Position numbers and translations under genes: made by a program. From assembly GCA_964449065.1 (NCBI GenBank), contig CAYVAZ010000001.1:1-60817 (forward strand): a DNA stretch of 60,817 nucleotides. Reading direction: 5' to 3'. This document shows positions 46,710-54,960 of this stretch, piece after piece. Source of the stretch: an uncultured bacterium (GTDB taxonomy: Bacteria; Hinthialibacterota; Hinthialibacteria; Hinthialibacterales; Hinthialibacteraceae). The notes beneath the pieces are model-generated. The model saw only the letters and a program-made list of their open reading frames with translations, was not told the DNA's origin and made no database searches. Numbering within the stretch: the stretch's first letter is position 1; each line of letters opens with the position of its first letter.

Positions 46710-46778
46710 CGCTTGTCATCCTTCAGAGAGAAGTAGGCGGATGATACCAAAGAATTTTGACATCATCCGCGCTTTACG

Positions 46779-46871
46779 TTATTTTTTCTTTTTATGGCGA
46801 TTCAAACGCCGTCTTTTTTTACGCTTATGAGTCGCGATTTTCATGCGCTTGCGCTTTTTTCCTGATGGCAT
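46779..46871 (-). CDS. 30-aa Lys/Arg-rich protein, bS22 / AURKAIP1-COX24-like (not in the ORF track)
   Basis: The minus strand gives ATG..TAA = MPSGKKRKRMKIATHKRKKRRRLNRHKKKK (31 codons including the stop). Resembles the tiny basic ribosome-associated proteins of the MPSGKKRKRHK.ATHKRKKR type. Lies upstream of spoVG on the same strand. Confidence 0.55.
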   Translation of the reverse strand: MPSGKKRKRMKIATHKRKKRRRLNRHKKKK

Positions 46872-47072
46872 AGATATCTTATCCTTTCGTTTATCTTGAC
46901 CGATGATAACATCGATGCGGCGAGTTGGCAAATTACCGTAACATCTTGAATTGTCAAGCCAAACATGTGTTAATCTATATCTTCCGCTTCACAACAAGCA
47001 AGTTTCTTTATTAAAATATAAAAAGTGTTACCAAGAAAGAATCTTGAATCGTTATCCATAAGAGGTAAATTG

Positions 47073-49628
47073 ATGAATATTGCTCCATTCTATAATTGTA
47101 TCTCAAAATCCAGAAATACAATGCGGTTGCATTGTATTGTTCTCTTTTTAATCTGTTCTTTGCCTGCTTGGGTAGAGGAACCCGACGTCTCCAACCGCTC
47201 TCCTGAACCGAAAGAGGTACGTTACAATCCCGCTAACGGGGAGGGAAGTAAAGTCAATCCGCCGGGGTTTGTATGGCTGCCGGAGGATCAGGCGTTTACC
47301 TATACGCTGCAATGTTCCAGTACAGAGGATTTTTCGACGGTTGAATATCAAGCGGAGGATATTCCATACAATGTCCATTGTCCCCCAAAATTGTTATATC
47401 CGGGAACGTGGTATTGGCGCTACCGGTTTACGACAGATGAAGGGGAATCCTCAAATTGGAGCGTAATTCGTACATTTACTATCCCCAAAGAGGCGGTACA
47501 TAATCCTCAACCCACCACCACTGATTTATTGCAGCGCCTGCCGGAATCTCACCCCAAATTATTTTTGCGTCGGGAAATGATAGATAATAAGTATGTGCAA
47601 ATCGCTTTTAATTTTCCGGAATATTGGGAAAATTTTATTGACCATGCCAAGCAAGAGTTAGAGGTTCCCATCGTGAGGGAAGAACCTCCACCTTATCCTT
47701 CCGGCGGGGATTTGCGCACGCGTGAAAAAGCCGATATCGATGTTTGGCGCAGCAACCGCAGAATTGTTGTTCCTGCTGTTGAACGTGCCGCAAACCTTGC
47801 TTTTGCCTATATGTTGACCGGCGAAGAAGCTTTTGGAAACCGCGCGAAAGAGTGGGTGATGGCTGTAACAGCGTGGGACCCGCACGGCACCACCGGCTAC
47901 CGTATGAATGATGAATGCGCCATGCCGATTATGAGCCGAATCTCCCGCGCTTATACCTGGGCTTATGACATGTTCACCGATGAAGAAAGGGAAATCGTCA
48001 GAAACTGCATGGCGGAACGGGCGCGGGATGCTTATGAGCATCTTATTCGTACGAAACACCTGTCACGGCCATACGGAAGCCACAACAACCGTGCCTGGCA
48101 TTTTTTAGGGGAAGTAGCTATAGCGTTTATTGATGACATTCCGGAAGCGAAGAAATGGCTGAAATACTCGATGGATGTGTTTTTTAATGTCTACCCCGCT
48201 TGGAGTGATCCGGACGGCGGCTGGCATGAGGGAATCGCCTATTGGCGTAGTTACATTACCCGGGTGACCTGGTGGCTGGATATTATGGAAACCGCCTTGG
48301 AAATTGACGGGTTTAAGAATCCCTATTTCAAACACGCAGGGGATTTTGCCGTATACGTGAATCCACCGGAATCTGAGTTTGCCGGTTTTGGCGACATGGC
48401 AGACACGCATGATTGGAAACGCAATCAGGATTTAATGAAATACCTCGCGGGAAAAACAAACAATCAATTTTGGCAGTATTATGGTACGTACCAAGAGAAA
48501 AAACAGGTGCCGGATCATCCGACCTATCTTGATTTATTACGGTTAAATACCAATCCACCTTCCTCGTCTAATATCAACCGGATGCCGCCTTCTAAAATCT
48601 TTCAGGGCACAGGAATAGCCTCTTTGCATTCGTTTTTGGGTATGAATAACCTGGATACACATATTTTGTTTAAAAGCAGTCCGTTCGGCACCCAAAGTCA
48701 TGGGTTTAACGCGCAGAACTCGTTTATTTTATGGCGTGAAGGATTGCCGGTGCTGCATTGGAGCGGCCACCGGGATTGGCACGGCAGCGGGCATCACACC
48801 GGATGGATGTGGGAAACCAAATCGGATAATTCGATTACGGTAAATGGTGAGGGTCAGTTAAAACATCATTCCGACGCCAAAGGAAAAATCGTTTCCCATT
48901 ATTTGGGTGATGCGGTTGATTATGTGGCCGGGGACGCATCGGAGGCGTATGAAGAGCGTTTGGATACATTCATTCGCCATGTTATATTTATTAAACCGGA
49001 TATGGTCTTTTTGATTGATGAACTCAAAGCGCCTCAACCTTCCACCTTTGAATTTCATCTTCATGCCGGTGAAGAGTTTATGCTGGAAAATCAATATGGC
49101 ATTCGGGCAACCAATCAAACCAGCGGCGTGCGGATTGCCATAGCAACTCCAAGCAATCTGGATGTGACCCAAACCGTGGATATGGAGCCCAAACCCGTCA
49201 ACTGGGATAAAGAGTATTGGCATTTGACCGCCGCCACGACCGAGAAACGAACGGAGCAACAATTTATCACGTTAATGAAAACGTTCGGTCCCCGTGAGAT
49301 GGCCGCCATGAGAACCAGCTTTTTTGACATTGAAAATGTGGATGCTTATGGTTTTCAAATCAATAATGACAAAGCGCTAATGCTGACGGTCAATTCTTCC
49401 AAAGAAAACTATTCCATGCGGGATACGGTCACGGATGCCCATATACTGGTGTTGTACACCAATGCGACAACCGAAACGGTTATGAGCTTTGCTATTGATG
49501 CGTCCTACTTAGAAATTGGCGGCCGGGTTTTGTTGGAATCGCAAGAACGATCCAATTATATGGTGCCCTTGGAAACCATGAAGAACATTTTTATGCAATA
49601 CCGGCAAAACCCAAATCAAGCGAAATAG
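47073..49628 (+). CDS. Heparinase II/III-like (alginate-lyase superfamily) secreted protein with a DUF4962-like N-terminal domain
   Basis: AAGAGG lies 7 nt before ATG 47073. Signal-like LHCIVLFLICSLPAWV. (alpha/alpha)-toroid motifs HNNRAWHFLGE and DGGWHEGIAYW, then a beta-sandwich block with SHGFNAQNSF and NSITVNGEGQ typical of Hepar_II_III. Confidence 0.7.
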   Translation: MNIAPFYNCISKSRNTMRLHCIVLFLICSLPAWVEEPDVSNRSPEPKEVRYNPANGEGSKVNPPGFVWLPEDQAFTYTLQCSSTEDFSTVEYQAEDIPYNVHCPPKLLYPGTWYWRYRFTTDEGESSNWSVIRTFTIPKEAVHNPQPTTTDLLQRLPESHPKLFLRREMIDNKYVQIAFNFPEYWENFIDHAKQELEVPIVREEPPPYPSGGDLRTREKADIDVWRSNRRIVVPAVERAANLAFAYMLTGEEAFGNRAKEWVMAVTAWDPHGTTGYRMNDECAMPIMSRISRAYTWAYDMFTDEEREIVRNCMAERARDAYEHLIRTKHLSRPYGSHNNRAWHFLGEVAIAFIDDIPEAKKWLKYSMDVFFNVYPAWSDPDGGWHEGIAYWRSYITRVTWWLDIMETALEIDGFKNPYFKHAGDFAVYVNPPESEFAGFGDMADTHDWKRNQDLMKYLAGKTNNQFWQYYGTYQEKKQVPDHPTYLDLLRLNTNPPSSSNINRMPPSKIFQGTGIASLHSFLGMNNLDTHILFKSSPFGTQSHGFNAQNSFILWREGLPVLHWSGHRDWHGSGHHTGWMWETKSDNSITVNGEGQLKHHSDAKGKIVSHYLGDAVDYVAGDASEAYEERLDTFIRHVIFIKPDMVFLIDELKAPQPSTFEFHLHAGEEFMLENQYGIRATNQTSGVRIAIATPSNLDVTQTVDMEPKPVNWDKEYWHLTAATTEKRTEQQFITLMKTFGPREMAAMRTSFFDIENVDAYGFQINNDKALMLTVNSSKENYSMRDTVTDAHILVLYTNATTETVMSFAIDASYLEIGGRVLLESQERSNYMVPLETMKNIFMQYRQNPNQAK

Positions 49629-49662
49629 CCTTCATCCTTTTGGGTATTTTATAGTATCCTGT

Positions 49663-51789
49663 ATGCAGGGATTGATTATGAATAAAACCAAAAATTGGCT
49701 TGTGCTGCTTCTTTTCGTTTTCTATGGGTGTATGGGCAAACCGACCTCCCGGTTGGAGGGTGTGGTGCAGTTGGAAGAGCAATCCAACTATGAAGGAATT
49801 CATGTTTATTTGCCGGGAACGCAATATCGTGCCATAACCAATGAAGACGGGTTTTTTGTGATGGAGGGGATGACCCCTGATTTGTATACGTTGGTTGCCG
49901 AAAAAGAGGATTATGAAACCTACCGCCAAGAGATTGCGTTAACCCGGGGTGAAAATTCACTCGCAGAGGCCGCCACGCTGCAAACCATTGTTCCGGAAGT
50001 GGGCAGCATTTCCGGATTCATCACGCTGCAAGGAGAAACCACTCATGAAGGCATAACGGTGATGGTGATTGACGAATCCCTCAGTACCCTTACCAACACA
50101 ACCGGCTTTTTTGAATTGAAGCAAATCCCCCCCGGTACATATACCATTACGGCCTATAAAGAAGGCTGGCTTCCCCTGAAGCAAGGAGGGGTGAAGGTTA
50201 CAGCCAATTCCAATACCAAACTGCCGGAAACCCAGTTGAAGCCGGAACCCAGCCAACCCGAAAGCGTGGAGGAAGAACAGCCTGTCAAATTGGGAGACAA
50301 CGTGATCAAAGGCTATTCTTTTTTGCAGGGGAATTTGCAACATGGCGGGATCCACGTGTTTTTGAAGCATTTGCCCGGGATTAAAACCATAACGAATGCC
50401 ACGGGATATTATGTTTTATCCGGCATAGACAACAACACGCACACCGTGGTTTTTGAACACGAAGGTTATATCACAGAAGAAATAGAAGGCATCGAACCGG
50501 TTGCACCGGATTCAAACCGCATCACGACATTTGTAACGCTGCAAAAGGCCGAGGAGTTTGAAGGGGAGGGCATTTTGCGGGGGAAAGTTTTGCTGCAAGG
50601 TAAAGAAAACCACTCGAATACTATTGTTCGTTTGGAAGGAAATCAACAACCTGTCGTGACTGGCGAAAACGGCAATTTTTTGTTTGTGGGAATCGATGCC
50701 GGTATCTACACACTCATTGCGGAACATCCGGGGTATGAAACCGCGCGCACAGAAGACGTACGCGTGTTGGCCAATCAGATCAACCAGATGCCGGAAATCA
50801 CCTTGCAATCCACTTCCGGCGAAGTGCAAGGCAATGGTTCGATCAGCGGGTATGCCTATTTGGAAGAGGAGCAGGATCATGCGGGGATTTTGGTGGCGAT
50901 TGAAGGGACGGAATACACCATGGTCACCGGGCCGGATGGCGCGTTTGAATTTAACGGGATTGAGGTGGGATATTACAACCTCATCTTTACCAAAGCCAAT
51001 TACAAAGACGCCTTGTGGGAGGGTGCTCCGGTGATCGCCGATGCGAACAATGAACTGGAACCGGTGGTGTTGGAACTGGATATTGACCCGCCGCGGGTTA
51101 TTGATACTTTTCCCAGGCCTAACACGAGAGATGTACCGATTGTTCAAGGGATCGATGTCATGCTGAAGTTCAGCGAACGGATGAATGGCGCGTCCGTGAA
51201 AGACGCGGTAATGATTGACCCTCCCGTGAGTTTTGAAGCGTTTTTTGACCGGGAAAGCGATCTTTCCGATTTGGATGTACTGCACCTGCGGCTTTACCAG
51301 GACGCACCGGAGCCGGTTCGCTTTCACACACAATATTTTGTGATGATTACCCCGGTCGCGCAGACGCCGAAAGGGGTGAGTTTAGAAGAGCCTTTTGAAT
51401 TTTCGTTTCGCACCGGCGGCCCATTGATTGTCGGTTCGGTTCCTGAGCAAGGAGCACGGGGCTTTCAAAAGGGGATTTCTGACCCGATTTTGATAGAAAC
51501 CAACGCCCCGGTGGATCAACAAACGGTCCAGCGGTCACTGCGCTTTCGTCCCCGGCCGGAATCGGAGCCGATGGTGGAGGTTCTGCCTGTAGGTCTTGGT
51601 TCTCAAATATTGATTTATATTTCACTCAAGCCGGGTACCAGTTACCGCCTAATGTTTGACAGTAACCTTCACACGATTGACGGACTGCGGTTTGACAACG
51701 TACCTTATTCGTTTTCGTTCACCACCCAAGGCATCGGCACAGAGCGTTTCTCCCGCTCCCGCCGCAGTAGTTCCCGGCGGACACGGTAA
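49663..51789 (+). CDS. Surface lipoprotein with five tandem CarboxypepD_reg-like domains and Big_5/SbsA-Ig-like domains
   Basis: Lipobox LLFVFYGC. Five ~85-aa repeats of the type G.I.G...L.G...H.GI.V......T.TN..G.F.L..I..G.Y.L.....GY. Then DPPRVIDTFPRPNTRDVP, an SbsA_Ig-like start. Arg/Ser-rich tail. Confidence 0.7.
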   Translation: MQGLIMNKTKNWLVLLLFVFYGCMGKPTSRLEGVVQLEEQSNYEGIHVYLPGTQYRAITNEDGFFVMEGMTPDLYTLVAEKEDYETYRQEIALTRGENSLAEAATLQTIVPEVGSISGFITLQGETTHEGITVMVIDESLSTLTNTTGFFELKQIPPGTYTITAYKEGWLPLKQGGVKVTANSNTKLPETQLKPEPSQPESVEEEQPVKLGDNVIKGYSFLQGNLQHGGIHVFLKHLPGIKTITNATGYYVLSGIDNNTHTVVFEHEGYITEEIEGIEPVAPDSNRITTFVTLQKAEEFEGEGILRGKVLLQGKENHSNTIVRLEGNQQPVVTGENGNFLFVGIDAGIYTLIAEHPGYETARTEDVRVLANQINQMPEITLQSTSGEVQGNGSISGYAYLEEEQDHAGILVAIEGTEYTMVTGPDGAFEFNGIEVGYYNLIFTKANYKDALWEGAPVIADANNELEPVVLELDIDPPRVIDTFPRPNTRDVPIVQGIDVMLKFSERMNGASVKDAVMIDPPVSFEAFFDRESDLSDLDVLHLRLYQDAPEPVRFHTQYFVMITPVAQTPKGVSLEEPFEFSFRTGGPLIVGSVPEQGARGFQKGISDPILIETNAPVDQQTVQRSLRFRPRPESEPMVEVLPVGLGSQILIYISLKPGTSYRLMFDSNLHTIDGLRFDNVPYSFSFTTQGIGTERFSRSRRSSSRRTR

Positions 51790-51865
51790 ACACATTTAAA
51801 ACACATTTATTATGGAGTGCATGTCATCTCTCACAGTAAAAAGAGATTGTTCCAGAGAAGCATTG

Positions 51866-51920
51866 AGATTGAAGCGCACTTACAGCCTATCGATCCCCCC
51901 TAGCCCCCTTAACAAGGATA
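51866..51920 (+). repeat. Dispersed intergenic repeat, copy E (partial)
   Basis: GATTGAAGCGCACTTACAGCCTATCGATCCCCCCTAGCCCCCTTAACAAGG matches the left half and core of copies A and F. The G-run arm is lost. Confidence 0.7.
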
Positions 51921-51944
51921 AGGTTTATCCAAAAAATTTAGTAA

Positions 51945-52030
51945 AGCATTTGCCAACGATATGTTCGTTGTGGGCAGCACCGGCTTCCAGTCGGTAGTAC
52001 AGTTTTTTTAATCCGAACAAATTTTTTCGG
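51945..52030 (+). repeat. Left arm of the inverted repeat flanking pseudopilin paralog 2
   Basis: AGCATTTGCCAACGATATGTTCGTTGTGGGCAGCACCGGCTTCCAGTCGGTA...AATCCGAAC aligns with the reverse complement of 52968..53062. Hand alignment gives 40 of the first 52 positions identical, with perfect blocks TATGTTCGT, CGGCTTCCAG and AATCCGAAC. Confidence 0.75.
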
Positions 52031-52058
52031 GGTTTTTTTACAAATTCGTACAAATGGG

Positions 52059-52087
52059 TTGACATGGATTTTTATTTGTGATATTAG
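52059..52087 (+). promoter_or_regulatory. Possible sigma70-type promoter for pseudopilin paralog 2
   Basis: TTGACA (52059-52064)-N17-TATTAG (52082-52087), about 180 nt upstream of ATG 52265. The -10 matches only 4 of 6 positions. Confidence 0.35.
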
Positions 52088-52264
52088 TATTATTAGGATG
52101 TTGGCGGAATACCATTTTAACACCCTATAGTTTCACTGTTAACGCTCCAATATATATGCACGGTTTTATTTATTTTTTCTGGAGCGTTTCCGAACCGAAG
52201 CTGGGTTTGGTAACAGCATCCACCACCAGAAAGCACAAATCAGTAGGGAAAGGAGGTGAGATGG

Positions 52265-52882
52265 ATGAAAAAACTACAAGGGTTTACGTTGATTGAGCTT
52301 CTGATCGTTGTTGCGATTATTGGGATTTTGGCTGCTATTGCGGTTCCAAACTTCTTGAACGCGCAGGTTCGCGCCAAAGTGGCACGGGCGGAATCAGAAA
52401 TGAGAAACTTGCAAAATGCGTTGGAGTCTTTCTTTATTGACAACAACTCATACCCACCAATGGACCGCGACCGGATTCGTTCCCGTCGTCAGTACAAAGA
52501 CCTCGATGATGAAGACACACCGGAAATCAACATCGCTCACATTTCAATCGGCGCCCGTGGTGACCGCCGCATCTACTTGACCACGCCCGTTTCCTATATG
52601 TCTTCTATTCCGTTTGATCCATTTAACGGTGATGGAAAATCTACAGGTTACGCGTATGGTTCTAATGGTCAGAGTTATTACATTCTGATGAGCTTCGGTC
52701 CGGACAGCCAGAAGCTGAACGGCGAAGAAGATGATATTGATGCTCGCGATTACACTGGTGCCCGTTTGACGGACTTCCGTATAGCCGGTTTCCGTGGCAG
52801 CAGTTTCTTCTTGTCAGAATTGGTATACGACGCTTCGAACGGTACTTCCAGTACTGGAGACATTCTCCGCGTTGGGCCATAA
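52265..52882 (+). CDS. Prepilin-type N-terminal cleavage/methylation protein, GspG-like pseudopilin (paralog 2)
   Basis: AGGAGG ends 8 nt before ATG 52265. MKKLQGFTLIELLIVVAIIGILAAIAVPNFLNAQVRAK...ALESFFIDNNSYP. C-terminal NGTSSTGDI resembles the GspG Ca-binding loop region. Confidence 0.85.
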   Translation: MKKLQGFTLIELLIVVAIIGILAAIAVPNFLNAQVRAKVARAESEMRNLQNALESFFIDNNSYPPMDRDRIRSRRQYKDLDDEDTPEINIAHISIGARGDRRIYLTTPVSYMSSIPFDPFNGDGKSTGYAYGSNGQSYYILMSFGPDSQKLNGEEDDIDARDYTGARLTDFRIAGFRGSSFFLSELVYDASNGTSSTGDILRVGP

Positions 52883-52905
52883 TCGAATTTCTTTATTGTC
52901 AATAC

Positions 52906-52940
52906 AAAAGGGCTGGGTTATCTCAGCCCTTTTTTGTTTT
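52906..52940 (+). terminator. Rho-independent terminator of pseudopilin paralog 2
   Basis: AAAAGGGCTG-ggttatct-CAGCCC followed by TTTTTTGTTTTT. Confidence 0.8.
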
Positions 52941-52967
52941 TGCTTGCCGTTTGGTTCACGTTATAGG

Positions 52968-53062
52968 GATTGCCAAAAATACGTTCGGATTACAAAGCGT
53001 TTTATCCTGTACCGGCTGGAAGCCGATGCTCCCCAATACGAACATACTTTTGGAAACCGCTC
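52968..53062 (-). repeat. Right arm of the inverted repeat flanking pseudopilin paralog 2
   Basis: Its reverse complement AGCGGTTTCCAAAAGTATGTTCGTATTGGGGAGCATCGGCTTCCAGCCGGTA...AATCCGAAC matches 51945..52030. Confidence 0.75.
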
Positions 53063-53139
53063 TAGTAGTTCATCAAGGCTGGCATGATGGGTGATAACTG
53101 AACCATCCACATGAAATGAATGGGATCCGTCATTCACAA

Positions 53140-53298
53140 GCGAAGCGCAGTGCCCCAACCCCCTTGCATAAGGGGGTGGAGCCGTAGGCTCCGGGGGATT
53201 TTGCGTAGTTGAAAGCGTGCTTCGATCCCCCCCTAACCCCCCTTAACAAGGGGGGCAACAACGGATAGCCAGCCTTAATTTTTTGATTGACAGATTAC
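53140..53298 (+). repeat. Dispersed intergenic repeat, copy F, with two extra upstream hairpin modules
   Basis: CCCCCTTGCATAAGGGGG and GGAGCCGTAGGCTCC hairpins. Then TTTGCGTAGTTGAAAGCGTGCTTCGATCCCCCCCTAACCCCCCTTAACAAGGGGGGCAACAACGGATAGCCAGCC..TTTTTTGATTGACAGATTAC. The right end abuts the stop codon of 53298..53540(-). Confidence 0.85.
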
Positions 53299-53540
53299 TA
53301 ATTGATGGTAACGTCAGAGTTTGCTTTCACTTCTTCTTCCACACATTTTGGGCAGGCAATCACTTCTTTCACAATTTCTTTTCCGGTGCCGCCGGGGTCG
53401 TCTTTAAACTTTTTGCGTCCGCGTGTGGCAGGATGCACTTCTTTTCTGCGGGGATACTCACGATAGCGCGTTTTTGCCACGATACGTTGTGAGTTCACCC
53501 GGGGTGGTGCTGGTTTCTGACAGATTTCGCAAATAAACAT
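53298..53540 (-). CDS. Small zinc-ribbon-like protein, hypothetical
   Basis: CEIC at residues 4-7 and CPKC near residue 63, with a basic middle segment (RYREYPRRKEVHPATRGRKKFKDDPGG). 80 aa, no family recognised. Confidence 0.5.
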   Translation of the reverse strand: MFICEICQKPAPPRVNSQRIVAKTRYREYPRRKEVHPATRGRKKFKDDPGGTGKEIVKEVIACPKCVEEEVKANSDVTIN

Positions 53541-53769
53541 AATACCTCCTCATTATTTTTAGTTAGCATTCGGTGGTAATGCTGTAAGAAGAAAACAGAT
53601 TGTTTGAAATAAAACCGAAGAGAAATCACAAACAGTTTGCGATCGTTGTAATTTCAATTGGATTCAGCCGAAGATGTTTTTATTGGATGAGGCGGCTGTT
53701 GTCTCATCTATTCTAAACATAACTGGTTTGAAGAATGATTCAAGGAGAAACATGAAAACCAATCGATAT

Positions 53770-54957
53770 CTATCCATCGATTGGTTTTTGCAATTGCAGA
53801 CAAGCCACGGCCCAATGGGCTTTACCCAGTTCATCTTCTTGCAGTTCACGCGTAAACAGAAGTGTTAGCGGCGCTGCAAACGCGCTGGGGTGAATGATTT
53901 GATTGTGATCGACAAAGTTCCTTCCCAACCCAAGCCATCCCCAGCGGCTGGTTTCTCCGATGTATTTCAATTCATTTAGACGCAACCCGCTGGGTGCAAT
54001 CAAGCGCTTCTGAATCCACTCTGGATTGTACAGCCGTAAGTACCCCGGTGCTTCATCCGAACACTCTTGGTATACATGCCCGATTGTGTGCGCGGTATGC
54101 TGCTCATTGGCGATGTGAGATACCGGAACCGTGACCAGCAATGTGCCGCCGGGCTTGAGCACGCGGTAGAGTTCCATCATCGTTTGGGTATCGCCATGAT
54201 TGGGTACGTGCTCAATGGTAGAAATAATGCTGACCGCATTGACCGAGTTGTCAGAAAACGGGAGCCGCAGAAAATTGGCTTTTAATGGAACCAGGTTTGT
54301 CAAAGGCAGGTTTTTGCAAATTTGTTTCTGTGTTTGCAAAGCTGTGTCATCCAGTTCTGCTGCAATCACATTGTTTGATTGGAATGCGGTGAATGAAGGG
54401 ATTGCGGAGCGGCCGCTGCCAAGATCAAGCACGGTTTGCCCTTCTTGTTTGCACAGGCGGGAAACCACAAAGTCCATTTCGGATACTTTGTAGTATTCGT
54501 ATTCATTGATATTGGCAAGGGTCTTCATGCGTTGGTTATGCCGCATCCACTTTGAAACCAGATGGTTCTTGCCGTGAATGACCTCTATGAAATAGCATAG
54601 AATAAGAGAGGCATAAAAGCATACGGATTCTGAGGAAAGCAGTAGAATTCGAAACAGACGATTGGAACCGGATTGTTTGTCCACCCATCGAAAACAAGCG
54701 AATTGCATACACTGCCAAGTTCGTAAATGAATTTCCACTGACCAGGGGCGAAGAAGCAGCAAACGGAAATACAACCCAAGCGCCTGCCGGTACCCGCCCT
54801 GTTGTGAAAGCAGCCAAGCCAGATGCGACAAGGCATAAACATGAAAGCGGTTTTGCTTCAAGCATTCATACAGAGTTTGAACGCATAAATTCAAATCTCC
54901 TTGTGCCGCGTGGGTTTGGGCGGATTGAAATAGTGTATCGGCTTCGGTTTTCGGCAT
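53770..54957 (-). CDS. Class I SAM-dependent methyltransferase with an N-terminal TPR-like/hydrophobic region
   Basis: VLDLGSGRSAIPSF (motif I), ...AAELDD..., FSDNSVNAVSIISTIEHV and VLKPGGTLLVTVP. The N-terminal ~130 aa is helical with one or two hydrophobic segments. Confidence 0.75.
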   Translation of the reverse strand: MPKTEADTLFQSAQTHAAQGDLNLCVQTLYECLKQNRFHVYALSHLAWLLSQQGGYRQALGLYFRLLLLRPWSVEIHLRTWQCMQFACFRWVDKQSGSNRLFRILLLSSESVCFYASLILCYFIEVIHGKNHLVSKWMRHNQRMKTLANINEYEYYKVSEMDFVVSRLCKQEGQTVLDLGSGRSAIPSFTAFQSNNVIAAELDDTALQTQKQICKNLPLTNLVPLKANFLRLPFSDNSVNAVSIISTIEHVPNHGDTQTMMELYRVLKPGGTLLVTVPVSHIANEQHTAHTIGHVYQECSDEAPGYLRLYNPEWIQKRLIAPSGLRLNELKYIGETSRWGWLGLGRNFVDHNQIIHPSAFAAPLTLLFTRELQEDELGKAHWAVACLQLQKPIDG

Positions 54958-54960
54958 GAT

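Noticed and set aside
50512-51333. 273-aa minus-strand ORF, and similarly 56247..57041 (264 aa), 11412..11870 and 27277..27989
   Set aside because: They are fully antisense to well-supported genes (the CarboxypepD_reg lipoprotein, rlmD, the pseudopilin and rny). Their compositions are Arg/His/Pro-rich, as is typical of shadow frames.
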